DNA from: Gemmatimonadota bacterium
GTDB lineage: Bacteria; Gemmatimonadota; Gemmatimonadetes; Palauibacterales; Palauibacteraceae
Length of the DNA stretch: 64,000 nucleotides
Assembly: GCA_039587395.1 (NCBI GenBank)
Contig: JBDHIQ010000003.1
Location: forward strand, 22,582-86,581
Direction of reading: 5' to 3'
Below, piece by piece: positions 17,400-25,758 of the stretch. Below the pieces are notes generated by a model that saw only the letters and a list, made by a program, of their open reading frames with translations, was not told the origin of the DNA and searched no databases. Positions within the stretch are counted from its first letter, which is position 1, and every line of letters starts with the position of its first letter. Position numbers and translations under genes: made by a program.

Positions 17400-17620
17400 C
17401 TTGGTTTCCTTGTGTAGATGACGCGAAACAGGGTCGTCGCGGCCGCACACGATTCGCAGAATTCCTGCAGATCATCCGCAGACGGTGGCTCGAGCCGGAC
17501 TTCCAGACCCAGCGACTCGTACAGCTCCACTGCTTCCTGCAGTCGTGGTGGCGCGCCGACGAATCGCCGCGTCCAGCCCTGGTCGTCCGGTCCATCGGGT
17601 GATAACCCGTTCCCCGGCAT
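17396..17620 (-). CDS. Small hypothetical protein (74-82 aa) between the second ATPase gene and the dehydrogenase gene
   Basis: ORF 17396..17644. The internal ATG at 17620 is preceded by GGAAGGG with a 6-nt spacer. The stop overlaps the dehydrogenase start (ATGA). Composition is protein-like, but there is no recognisable domain and only 3 Cys. Confidence 0.35.
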   Translation of the reverse strand: MPGNGLSPDGPDDQGWTRRFVGAPPRLQEAVELYESLGLEVRLEPPSADDLQEFCESCAAATTLFRVIYTRKPR

Positions 17621-17654
17621 GATCCGCCCTTCCACTATGCCCATGCCGCTTGCC

Positions 17655-18479
17655 CTACGCCGCTTCGAGGATTTCGAGCCGTCGCCGCGCCAGCACGGCG
17701 GCTCCGATCGCGCCGCTGAACTGCACCAACTCGCCGGGAGGCACGTTGACGCCCCCGTGCAGGTGCTCGCGCAGCAGCATCACCATGGTGGGGAAACGGT
17801 TGATGCCTCCGACAAGGGTGAATTCCGGCTCCATCTTGACCCGCTTCATGAGGCGAACCGACTTCTCGATCAGCGACTCCATGGCCCCCCGCATGATCTC
17901 CCCGGGTGCACGCTCCTGGCTCACGTGATTGATGACCTCGGACTCGGCGAACACCGCGCACACCCCTGAGATAGGCACGGACTCCTCGCACTCTTCCACC
18001 AGGGTGCCGATCTCTTCCGTCCCGTACCCCAGGTAGCGAGCTGTCTTCTCCAGGAAGGCGCCTGTGCCGGCCGCGCACTTGTCGTTCAAACGGAAGGTGC
18101 GAACCCGCCCCCGCCCGTCCAGGCGCATGGCCTTCATGGTCTGTCCGCCCACGTCCAGCACGGTGCGCGTGCCGGGGAAGAACGCCCGCGCGCCCCACGC
18201 GTGCGCCGTCAGATCCGTGACCTGGATGTCCCGGAACGACACCCGGTGACGCCCGTAGCCCGTGGTGGCCAGGTACACGATATCCGAACGCTCTGCCGTC
18301 GAGCCGGTCAGAGCCTGGTCCAGTGCCTGGCTGGCTGCCTCCTCCAGGCGATAGCCCGTCGGACACATGCCCGTCGCCAGCAACTCGCCGGATTCCCCTA
18401 GCAGGGCCGCCTTGGTGTACGTGGAGCCGACATCGATGCCGGCCGTGAGGTGTCCGTCGCCACGGTTGGTCCGACTCAT
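17655..18479 (-). CDS. BadF/BadG/BcrA/BcrD/HgdC-family ATPase, second paralog (BcrD/BadG-like), 274 aa
   Basis: Internal ATG ([27 protein letters not shown]) overlaps the stop of the upstream ATPase gene. It has the ASKHA-fold signature DVGSTxTK and the cluster-ligand region [10 protein letters not shown]. The upstream part of the 381-aa track ORF is an R/G-rich artefact. Confidence 0.85.
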   Translation of the reverse strand: MSRTNRGDGHLTAGIDVGSTYTKAALLGESGELLATGMCPTGYRLEEAASQALDQALTGSTAERSDIVYLATTGYGRHRVSFRDIQVTDLTAHAWGARAFFPGTRTVLDVGGQTMKAMRLDGRGRVRTFRLNDKCAAGTGAFLEKTARYLGYGTEEIGTLVEECEESVPISGVCAVFAESEVINHVSQERAPGEIMRGAMESLIEKSVRLMKRVKMEPEFTLVGGINRFPTMVMLLREHLHGGVNVPPGELVQFSGAIGAAVLARRRLEILEAA

Positions 18480-19294
18480 GCCTCCTCCTTCCCCACCGCC
18501 GCGGGCTGACCCGCACCCTTCGCCCGCTCGAGAGCGAACAAGGCCGCACCGAGCGCCCCCATGAAATGGGATTCCTCGCTCACGTTCAGTTCCGTTCCGA
18601 CTATCTCGTTCATGACGTCCACCATTGCCTGGTTCTTTGCCACACCACCGGTGAACGTCGTTTCGCCTTCGATTCCCACACGCCGCAACAGACCGAAGGA
18701 GCGGCTCCCGATGGAGCGGTGCACTCCCAGCAGTATGTCTTCCACCGATTTGCCACGGGCCAGCCACGACAGCACTTCGGACTCCGCGAACACCGTGCAC
18801 GTCGTGCTGATCACCACCGGCGTCTTTCCGCGCTGTGTCGTTGGCCCGAGCTCATCCAGTTCCAGCCCGAGCGCGGCGGCGGCAGACTGAAGGAAGCGGC
18901 CTGTCCCCGCTGCGCATTTGTCGTTCATGCAGAAGTCGAGGACCTGCCCACCCTTCTCGATGCTGATGGCCTTCGTGTCCTGTCCCCCCATGTCCAGCAC
19001 GGTGCGCGTGTCCGGGAACATCCGGGCCGCGCCCCTGGCGTGGCAGACAATCTCCGTCACCTGGGCATCCCCGAACTCGACCTTGTAGCGGCCGTAGCCG
19101 GTCCCGATGACGAAGCCCACATCCGACGTCCGGATCCCCCCGTCCTCCAGCGCTGCCTGAAACGCGTTCTCGGCAGCCGCCACGACGTTGGCGCCGGTAT
19201 CGATCAGGTCTCGCCCTACGATCGCTCCGGACTCATCGACTATCACGGCCTTGGTCTGCGTGGATCCGACGTCCACTCCGCCGGCATACACCAT
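18476..19294 (-). CDS. BadF/BadG/BcrA/BcrD/HgdC-family ATPase, first paralog (BcrA/BadF-position but short), about 272 aa
   Basis: ATG at 19294 ([17 protein letters not shown]) is preceded by GAGGAGGA with a 5-6-nt spacer. It has the [10 protein letters not shown] motif. The track ORF starts at a GTG at 19315. Confidence 0.85.
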   Translation of the reverse strand: MVYAGGVDVGSTQTKAVIVDESGAIVGRDLIDTGANVVAAAENAFQAALEDGGIRTSDVGFVIGTGYGRYKVEFGDAQVTEIVCHARGAARMFPDTRTVLDMGGQDTKAISIEKGGQVLDFCMNDKCAAGTGRFLQSAAAALGLELDELGPTTQRGKTPVVISTTCTVFAESEVLSWLARGKSVEDILLGVHRSIGSRSFGLLRRVGIEGETTFTGGVAKNQAMVDVMNEIVGTELNVSEESHFMGALGAALFALERAKGAGQPAAVGKEEA

Positions 19295-19326
19295 CGCATC
19301 CTCCTCGAGCTGCACCTGCGTTCTGC

Positions 19327-20691
19327 CTATGATTCGGCGGCGGCGGAGCGGTTCTTCCGCAGCTTTCGCGATTGGAGGCCCTCGAAGAACGCATCAATGC
19401 GGTTCTTGAGCTGCGCCTCGGAGACCACACGCTTGTCCATCATGTCGGACTCGATGTAGAGCGCCGCCACATCCCGGGCCTCGAGCACCACGCGCCGGCT
19501 GGCGGCCAGACCCGTCGACACGGTCCGGCAGGACTTCACCGGGTGGTATACCACCCCTTCCACATCGTAGTCATCGATCGCCTGGAGCAGGGCCCGGTCC
19601 GGGAACATGAGGCTGTCCGTGGCCTCGATGACTCCGCGCAGCACCCCTTCGGCCAGGCTCTCGATCGGCCGGTCCAGATCGTACTCGAAGTCCAGGTTGA
19701 GCCCGCCGGAGGCGAACCAGGTGTAGGTGGACGTCGCGAACGTGCCACCCCACTCAGAGAACAACTCGTAGAACCTCCGGAAGATCGGGTAGCAGGGCAC
19801 TCCGACGAATACCAGGCGGTGGGACTCGCCCCCCGAACCGTGCGGCCCCATCCCTGCGGCAACCCGCGCCTCCATCTCCTCCACGAGATCCTCGAAGTAG
19901 CGTGCGCCCTCCTCCGTGCCGCGGAGCGCGTTGGCCACTCCCAGGTAGATGGTCCCCTCCAGCATTGCATCGAACGGCGCCGGGCTGTTCCGGTTGAGCT
20001 CCAGCAGCGCTCTCCACGCTCTCCCCATCTGGTTGGTCAGGCGCAGAACCTCACGGCACCGGTCTATGTCGAAAGACACTCCGCTGACCTGCTCACACAC
20101 ACCGATGAGCTCCCGGATCTGACCTTCCACGTAGGTGCGGTCTGCCTCGAACCGGGCCGAGTCGCCAATTGTCCGGACCGCATCGGCAACCTCCGTGTGT
20201 GCACCGTTGGGGCCGATCAACGGCACCGGCACCCTTGATCCCGGCACGTCCATCGTGAACACCGGGTCCTGGTACATGCGGCCCCAGATTTCCGCCCATT
20301 TCACGTAGGTGCTGCAAGCGTTGGTGAGAACCGACAGGCCGGGCGGCGGGATCCGACCCATCGGGTGATCCCCGTTCCGGAGTTGCACGGCGTAGTCGGC
20401 CTTCACATAGCCGCAGACGTCCGGCGAGAAACCGTGATCTTCCGCCAGGTTGAGATAGTCGTCGGAGACTTTGCGCACCGCGGTCTGGAGCGAGTTGATC
20501 TCCGGGAACACGATGTTGAAGTCGAAGCAACGCAGCAGCTCCACCAGGCTCCCCATGACGAAGACATAGGCAGCCTTCTCGCCCCGTTCGGCAGCGGATG
20601 TGAGGTCGGCAAACCACTCCTGGAACAGGCGACGGCCTTCGTCTGCCCCGCGGCCATGCACGCCGGACGCCGCGGCCTTCAGTTCGGTCAT
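19327..20691 (-). CDS. 2-hydroxyacyl-CoA dehydratase / benzoyl-CoA reductase family subunit (HgdB/BcrB/BadE-like), about 454 aa
   Basis: The chosen start [10 protein letters not shown] overlaps the stop of the upstream gene. The N-terminal 70 codons of the track ORF are an R/G-rich artefact. Family assignment rests on length and on conserved blocks ([20 protein letters not shown]). Confidence 0.85.
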   Translation of the reverse strand: MTELKAAASGVHGRGADEGRRLFQEWFADLTSAAERGEKAAYVFVMGSLVELLRCFDFNIVFPEINSLQTAVRKVSDDYLNLAEDHGFSPDVCGYVKADYAVQLRNGDHPMGRIPPPGLSVLTNACSTYVKWAEIWGRMYQDPVFTMDVPGSRVPVPLIGPNGAHTEVADAVRTIGDSARFEADRTYVEGQIRELIGVCEQVSGVSFDIDRCREVLRLTNQMGRAWRALLELNRNSPAPFDAMLEGTIYLGVANALRGTEEGARYFEDLVEEMEARVAAGMGPHGSGGESHRLVFVGVPCYPIFRRFYELFSEWGGTFATSTYTWFASGGLNLDFEYDLDRPIESLAEGVLRGVIEATDSLMFPDRALLQAIDDYDVEGVVYHPVKSCRTVSTGLAASRRVVLEARDVAALYIESDMMDKRVVSEAQLKNRIDAFFEGLQSRKLRKNRSAAAES

Positions 20692-21914
20692 CACCACTGA
20701 CCCCCCTTCGTCACGAGCAACGGCCTGGCATCCTCGTCGGAGGGCCACGCGAACAGGACGTTCTCGACGAATGTCTCCAGCTGGATCTGCAGGTGCGTGA
20801 AGCTGGTCATCTTCTCTTCGAACTCCGTTTCGAAGTACGGAATGCCCTTCTGCTCGAGCTCCTGGGAGTAGGCCACCTGCTCGTCCAGGCCCGGCTCGCA
20901 CATCTTGGCCGCCGAGATGATTGCCGCCTCCGCATCGGAGCCCCGGATCCGCTCCAGCAGCATCTCTTCCTTCGGCTTGCGCAAATCGTGCTGCACGGGG
21001 CTGTACGAGGAGTTGTTCAGATAGGCATCGGCCAGGTTCCGCAGGGGCGGGCCCTCCAGCGGGACGTCATCGATGATCCAGCGGAGGCCGATCAGGAGAT
21101 CGTCGTCCACCACGTAGCAGAACTCTGAGATGGCCTGGAGCAGATCCAGCGGCGGCTGTTCACAGAACCCGCCTTCGAAGACGACGCGCATCTTGTCCTG
21201 TGCGTGCGCCTCGCGCATCCGGATCTGCGGCAGGAGTCTCTCCAGCAGTTCGTTGTGCTCGTCCCGCTGGATGAGGCCACCGATAGCCACCAGGGCATAG
21301 GCTTCGTCAGCCGCGATCAGCCACGGCTCGTCACGCTTGATCGCGTAGAGCTCGGCAAGGAGCTGGCGGTTGCGGTTGAACACGGCCATGGAACGCCGCA
21401 GCTCCTGGTCTGTCACGCGCCTTCCGGCAATCTCCTCTATCTCCTCCAGCACGGCGCGGTACTCCCCTTCCAGGTAGTCCAGCGCGTGGCTCGAGTTGGG
21501 ATTCTGCGGGAAGTAGAGAATGCGGGCCGGCTGCGGGAGGTTTCGCGCCCAGATCCCGGCCAGGTTGCGCGCCGCGTCGCAGATCGCGTGGGTCACGAAC
21601 AGGTCGATCACCAGACGTTCCGTGAGTGCCAGCTCGAGCGAGCTCTGGAGAATCGAGCAGATGTACGATCCGAAGTGCGAGTCGGCCTCGCGCCGCTCGA
21701 CAGCCCCGCCGCGCACCTTCACGGGCAGGAGACCCGCCGCGTGCGCCAGCTCCTCCGGGAAGTAGACCTGGAAGTGGCCCACCACTTTGCCGCCGCCCTC
21801 GCGCCACTTGCGCACCGTGGGAAACTCCACGTCCTGGACCACCTGGCGGCAGATCTTCAGGGACTCCTCCAGGTCACTGTGAGCCGGGAGGTCCAGCAGT
21901 CGATCGGGCTTCAT
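20691..21914 (-). CDS. 2-hydroxyacyl-CoA dehydratase / benzoyl-CoA reductase family subunit (HgdA/BcrC/BadD-like), 407 aa
   Basis: ATG at 21914 (MKPDRLLDL...). It carries the family-typical KVVGHFQVYFPEELAHAAGLLPV N-terminal block. Confidence 0.85.
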   Translation of the reverse strand: MKPDRLLDLPAHSDLEESLKICRQVVQDVEFPTVRKWREGGGKVVGHFQVYFPEELAHAAGLLPVKVRGGAVERREADSHFGSYICSILQSSLELALTERLVIDLFVTHAICDAARNLAGIWARNLPQPARILYFPQNPNSSHALDYLEGEYRAVLEEIEEIAGRRVTDQELRRSMAVFNRNRQLLAELYAIKRDEPWLIAADEAYALVAIGGLIQRDEHNELLERLLPQIRMREAHAQDKMRVVFEGGFCEQPPLDLLQAISEFCYVVDDDLLIGLRWIIDDVPLEGPPLRNLADAYLNNSSYSPVQHDLRKPKEEMLLERIRGSDAEAAIISAAKMCEPGLDEQVAYSQELEQKGIPYFETEFEEKMTSFTHLQIQLETFVENVLFAWPSDEDARPLLVTKGGQW

Positions 21915-21945
21915 GTCTTCAGAGTCTCCCTGCTCCCGGTGTTAC

Positions 21946-22713
21946 TCACGCGTCGCTCCAGACCGGTTCGCGCTTCTCCATGAACGCCGCCAGGCCCTCC
22001 CGGGCATCGGCGAGTCCCATGAGCTCCTCGAGATAGATCCGCTCCGCTTCGGCCAGCGCCTGTTCCAGCGGCAGACCGGCGCCCTGGACGGTCGCCCGCT
22101 TGGCAAGGGCTACAACCGGTCGGCTGAGGGAGGCCAGGTTGTTGGCGTATTCCGACACGCCTGCCTCGAACTCGTCCGCTGGAAGCAGGCGGGTGCACAG
22201 CCCACTGGCAGTCGCCTCCTCACCGGTCAGCACGCGACCGGACAGGATCAGGTCGAGGGCCCGCTGCAGACCTATCCGCCGGGGGAGAAGCGCGGCGGCA
22301 ACCGGCGGGAGGGCACCGAGCCGGATCTCGGGCTGGCCTATCTTGGCATCGGCACGCACCAGCACGATGTCGCACGCGATAGCCAGCTCACAGCCACCAC
22401 CGAGCGCCGCGCCGTTCACGGCTGCAACGACGGGCACCCGGAGTGACAGCAGCCGGCGGATCGCGCCATGAAACAGCTCAAGCATGCGCTCCACGCGGTC
22501 CGGAGTGTGATCGGCCACGTCCACGCCGGCACAGAAGGCCCTGCCCTCTCCCGTCACCACCAGGACACGGGCGTCCGCATCGTCCGCTACCTGCCCGACG
22601 GCCGCATTCAGTTCCTCCAGCATCGGGATGTGGAGGACGTTGAGCGGGGGGCGACAGAGAACGAGCCGGCGGATCCCGGCGTCGCAGTCGACTCTCAGGA
22701 ACTCGCCGCTCAC
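21946..22713 (-). CDS. Enoyl-CoA hydratase/isomerase (crotonase) about 255 aa; Dch-like by size and context
   Basis: GTG start (VSGEFLRVDCDAGIRRLVL...) overlaps the upstream stop as GTGA. It has the crotonase signature FCAGVDV...GGGCELA. The longer track ORF upstream is an R/G-rich overlap artefact. Confidence 0.8.
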   Translation of the reverse strand: MSGEFLRVDCDAGIRRLVLCRPPLNVLHIPMLEELNAAVGQVADDADARVLVVTGEGRAFCAGVDVADHTPDRVERMLELFHGAIRRLLSLRVPVVAAVNGAALGGGCELAIACDIVLVRADAKIGQPEIRLGALPPVAAALLPRRIGLQRALDLILSGRVLTGEEATASGLCTRLLPADEFEAGVSEYANNLASLSRPVVALAKRATVQGAGLPLEQALAEAERIYLEELMGLADAREGLAAFMEKREPVWSDA

Positions 22714-23813
22714 CTGGGCTCTCCCGAGCTGGCCGGCTCCCCGCTGAGGGCGGCCCCACACGCTCCGCAGTACTCGAAGCCGGCCGGTAGCCCCGGCGCG
22801 CCGCAGGCCGGACACGTGCCGACTCCCGGCCCCCACATCAGCTCGCTGGACTGTCCGGCCGCGGCCCGCTCCCGGAGCAGCCCGTAGTCCGGAGCGCGTT
22901 TCTCCACGAAAGCCTGCATGCCCTCCAGCGGCTCCCAGCAGGCGTAGTGCAGCGACAGCCAGTCCTGCGCGTGCCGGACCGTTGAATTCCAGGCCAGGTC
23001 CTTCAGGAAGTTCACCTGCTGCTTGGTGTATCGCGTGCACTCCGGGAAGGAGGCCAGGAGCTTCCCGCACAGGTCGTCCACATGCCCATCCAGCCGTGAC
23101 AGGTCGATGGCGTACCCATCCACTCCCTTCTGCGCCTTCTTGATCTGCTCCGCCGTCGCCTCTTCGACCCATTCATCCGCATGCCGAACCGACGGGACAA
23201 CCCAGTTCACCAGCCCCCAGTCGAGCGCCTTCACGGCCGGAATCGGCTCGTTCAGAAACAGGATCTCCCGGGCGCGCTTGTCACCCACGACCAGGGGAAG
23301 CCACTGGGTGGATCCGCCGCACGCTACGGAGCCCACGTGCGTGCCCACCTGCTTGATGTACGTGTGCTGCGCCATAACCGAGAGATCGCATGCCAGCTGA
23401 CTCTCGTTCCCTCCTCCCACGGCCATCCCGTTGAGGCGGGCGACGACGGGCTTGCCCGTGTTGAGGATGCTCTCGATGTATGCCCGAAACAGCGCCATGT
23501 ACTTCCAGTAGTCGCGCGGGGTCTGTACGTAGAGGTCCGCGTACTCCTTGACGTCGCCGCCGGTACAGAACGCTCTGTCCCCCGCCCCGGTGTAAATGAT
23601 CACTCCCACGCGGTCGTCAAACGACGCATCGCGAAACGCCGTCGCCAACTCCTCCAGAGCCGGAGTTGAATAGGCGTTGTAGTTATGGGGTCGGTTCAGG
23701 GTGACCCGGGCCACTCCGTCGCCCTTCTCGTACAGAATGGCCTCGAACTCGAAATCAGCGGCGGCTCGAGAGCCGAAAGCGCGCTGGTCGGATCCGTTGT
23801 CTGCCGTGTTCAT
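22710..23813 (-). CDS. Extended crotonase-fold protein (367-388 aa) with C-terminal CxxC...CxxC zinc-ribbon; Oah/BamA-like by size and context
   Basis: ATG at 23813 (MNTADNGSDQ...) lies 1 nt after the tetR stop. The track start GTG at 23876 would overlap tetR. The crotonase core is AFCTGGDVKEY...AVGGGNESQLACD. The C-terminus is CPACGAPGLPAGFEYCGACGAAL. Confidence 0.8.
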   Translation of the reverse strand: MNTADNGSDQRAFGSRAAADFEFEAILYEKGDGVARVTLNRPHNYNAYSTPALEELATAFRDASFDDRVGVIIYTGAGDRAFCTGGDVKEYADLYVQTPRDYWKYMALFRAYIESILNTGKPVVARLNGMAVGGGNESQLACDLSVMAQHTYIKQVGTHVGSVACGGSTQWLPLVVGDKRAREILFLNEPIPAVKALDWGLVNWVVPSVRHADEWVEEATAEQIKKAQKGVDGYAIDLSRLDGHVDDLCGKLLASFPECTRYTKQQVNFLKDLAWNSTVRHAQDWLSLHYACWEPLEGMQAFVEKRAPDYGLLRERAAAGQSSELMWGPGVGTCPACGAPGLPAGFEYCGACGAALSGEPASSGEPR

Positions 23814-23814
23814 G

Positions 23815-24486
23815 TCACTCACCGGTTTGAGTTGGCGGTTCGTCTTCGTAAAGGTGTGCCTGGCCCAGGAGTCCACCGATCAGGTGCTCCACGAACTCGG
23901 CTCCCAGCTCGGGCGAGCCCATGGCGCCCTCCGGATCGTACCAGCGAGCGATCCAGTTGATGGCCCCCAGAACGGCGAAGCTGGCGATCTTGGGGTCCAC
24001 GCTGCGGAACTCGCCGTCGGCCACGCCCTGCGCGATGATCTCGCGCAGCCTTCTCTCGTACCTGTCGCGCTCCTGGACGACCTCTGCCTGCCGCTCGGGG
24101 GAGAGAGCGGTCACCTCCAGGGCCAACGGCGAGCCCTCGAGCACTTCCGTCATCACTCGAACGTGCTCGCGGATCACGTGGGACAGCCGGTCGCTGGCCG
24201 TCTCGAAGCGGGCGTAGGTCTCCTCCATCACCCGCGCCAGTTCGTCCAGAGAAATCCGGTGGCACTCGAAAAGGATGGCCTCCTTGTCCGGGAAGTAGTA
24301 ATAGAGCGCCGTCTTCCGCAGGCCGAGGTTGCTGGCGATCTCCTCCAGCGTGGTCCCGTAGAAGCCCTTCTCGCGAAACGTGCGCAGCGCGGAGCCCAGG
24401 ATTTCGTCCCGGCGCCGGCGTCGCTTCTTGCGAACGTGTGGCGACGACTCTTTCAGCCGGGCCGGTTTCAAACCGCTGGATGCCAT
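23815..24486 (-). CDS. TetR/AcrR family transcriptional regulator, first gene of the operon
   Basis: ATG at 24486 (MASSGLKPARLK...). It has the HTH block GFYGTTLEEIASNLGLRKTALYYYF. Confidence 0.85.
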   Translation of the reverse strand: MASSGLKPARLKESSPHVRKKRRRRRDEILGSALRTFREKGFYGTTLEEIASNLGLRKTALYYYFPDKEAILFECHRISLDELARVMEETYARFETASDRLSHVIREHVRVMTEVLEGSPLALEVTALSPERQAEVVQERDRYERRLREIIAQGVADGEFRSVDPKIASFAVLGAINWIARWYDPEGAMGSPELGAEFVEHLIGGLLGQAHLYEDEPPTQTGE

Positions 24487-24695
24487 CGCGTGCTGTCTCC
24501 TGCGTAGAAATTTGAACGACGGGTAGAACTTTTCCTGTTGGCGGCTCCCTGTCAACACGTGGCTGCACAGAGGTCGTCTGCGCGCCCCCTGGGAAGCGCG
24601 GACGCCAATTCAAGGGGGGGGCGTCACGGGGTGTTTCGGAGTCGCGGATCTGCAACTCCCCTTCAACCGCTCGGACCGCTAGTTTGTGGCGCACT

Positions 24696-25145
24696 ATGCT
24701 CTATTCCGGAAGCTGCGAATACGCGATCCGGGCGCTCACCTTCCTGGCACAGCGCCCGACGGGCAAACTGACGTTGCTGGGCGACATCGCCGAGGCGGAG
24801 GCGATCCCGCGTGCCTTTCTGGCAAAGGTGCTCCAGGACCTGGTCCGCAAAGGGCTGCTGCGCTCGGCCCGTGGACCCACGGGCGGATACGCGCTTGCTG
24901 ACGCACCCGACAGAATCACGCTGTACGACATTCGCGACGCCGTGGACGGGACCGAGGATCTATTCCAGTGCGCGGTTGGACTGGATCCCTGCTCGGACGA
25001 AACGCCGTGCCCGCTGCACGAGACTTTCAAGCCCCTGCGGGCAGCGATAGAGCGATACCTGCGGGACACCACGATTGCTGACCTGGCTCGCGGGATGTGG
25101 GAGAAACGCGCCCTCATCGCGCAGCGTAGCCTACGGGACGGCTGA
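24696..25145 (+). CDS. Rrf2 family transcriptional regulator (BadM-like), divergent from the operon
   Basis: ATG at 24696 (MLYSGSCEYAIRALTFLA...). A C-terminal Cys triad region (CAVGLDPCSDETPCPLH) suggests Fe-S ligation. Confidence 0.85.
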   Translation: MLYSGSCEYAIRALTFLAQRPTGKLTLLGDIAEAEAIPRAFLAKVLQDLVRKGLLRSARGPTGGYALADAPDRITLYDIRDAVDGTEDLFQCAVGLDPCSDETPCPLHETFKPLRAAIERYLRDTTIADLARGMWEKRALIAQRSLRDG

Positions 25146-25253
25146 CCCCATCTAACTGCCCGGCAAGCTGTTTCTGAGCCGTGCCCCGGGACCCCTTGTA
25201 GTTCTACTCGCCCCTTTTTACGATATCTTCATGAACAACTCTGACTTAGTGTC

Positions 25254-25673
25254 GTGATATCTCAGACGGCCGAGTACGCGCTAAGAGCCGTGCTCCACCT
25301 GGCACAGCACGCCGACGACATACCGGTCTCCGTCGATGCCGTGGCGGAAGCGCTGGAGATCCCGCGCAACTATCTCTCCAAGATCCTCCACACGTTGGCC
25401 AAGAGCGGTGTGCTGACTTCGCATCGTGGACCGCGCGGTGGATTCAACCTGTCGGTCCCGTCGGCCGAGCTCTGCCTGCTTGACGTGATCAACCCGTTCG
25501 ATCGCGTGAGTGAGCGCCGGCTGTGCCTGCTGGGCCGCAAGGAGTGCAGCGACGCGACACCGTGTCCGGCCCACCACCGCTGGCGGGCGGTGAGCGACCA
25601 GGTGAGCGATTTCTTCAGCGACACGACCATCGAGCAGTTCCTCGCAGAAGGCATGGGCAAGGAAGCCAACTGA
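25254..25673 (+). CDS. Rrf2 family transcriptional regulator, second tandem copy
   Basis: GTG start (ISQTAEYALRAVLHLA...). Cys residues are at CLLGRKECSDATPCPAH. Confidence 0.8.
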   Translation: MISQTAEYALRAVLHLAQHADDIPVSVDAVAEALEIPRNYLSKILHTLAKSGVLTSHRGPRGGFNLSVPSAELCLLDVINPFDRVSERRLCLLGRKECSDATPCPAHHRWRAVSDQVSDFFSDTTIEQFLAEGMGKEAN

Positions 25674-25758
25674 CGAGAGTGACGCGCAACCACCGAGACG
25701 ATATTTTCCTGCCGTAACCGCATGACGTTCCGGACCGTCACCCAGACCGGTCAGAGCC

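Noticed and set aside
17396-17644. Small ORF as the ferredoxin expected after bcrD
   Set aside because: It has only three cysteines and no CxxCxxCxxxCP motif, so it is not a 2[4Fe-4S] ferredoxin. It is kept only as a hypothetical small protein.
16377-21914. Alternative reading of the cluster as a 2-hydroxyglutaryl/2-hydroxyacyl-CoA dehydratase with its activator
   Set aside because: Dehydratase systems use one homodimeric HgdC-type activator and are not accompanied by Dch-, Oah- and Had-like genes. Two distinct ATPase paralogs plus two crotonases and a Zn-dependent dehydrogenase fit a ring or enoyl-CoA reductase pathway better. The alternative is kept as the refutation route in the findings.
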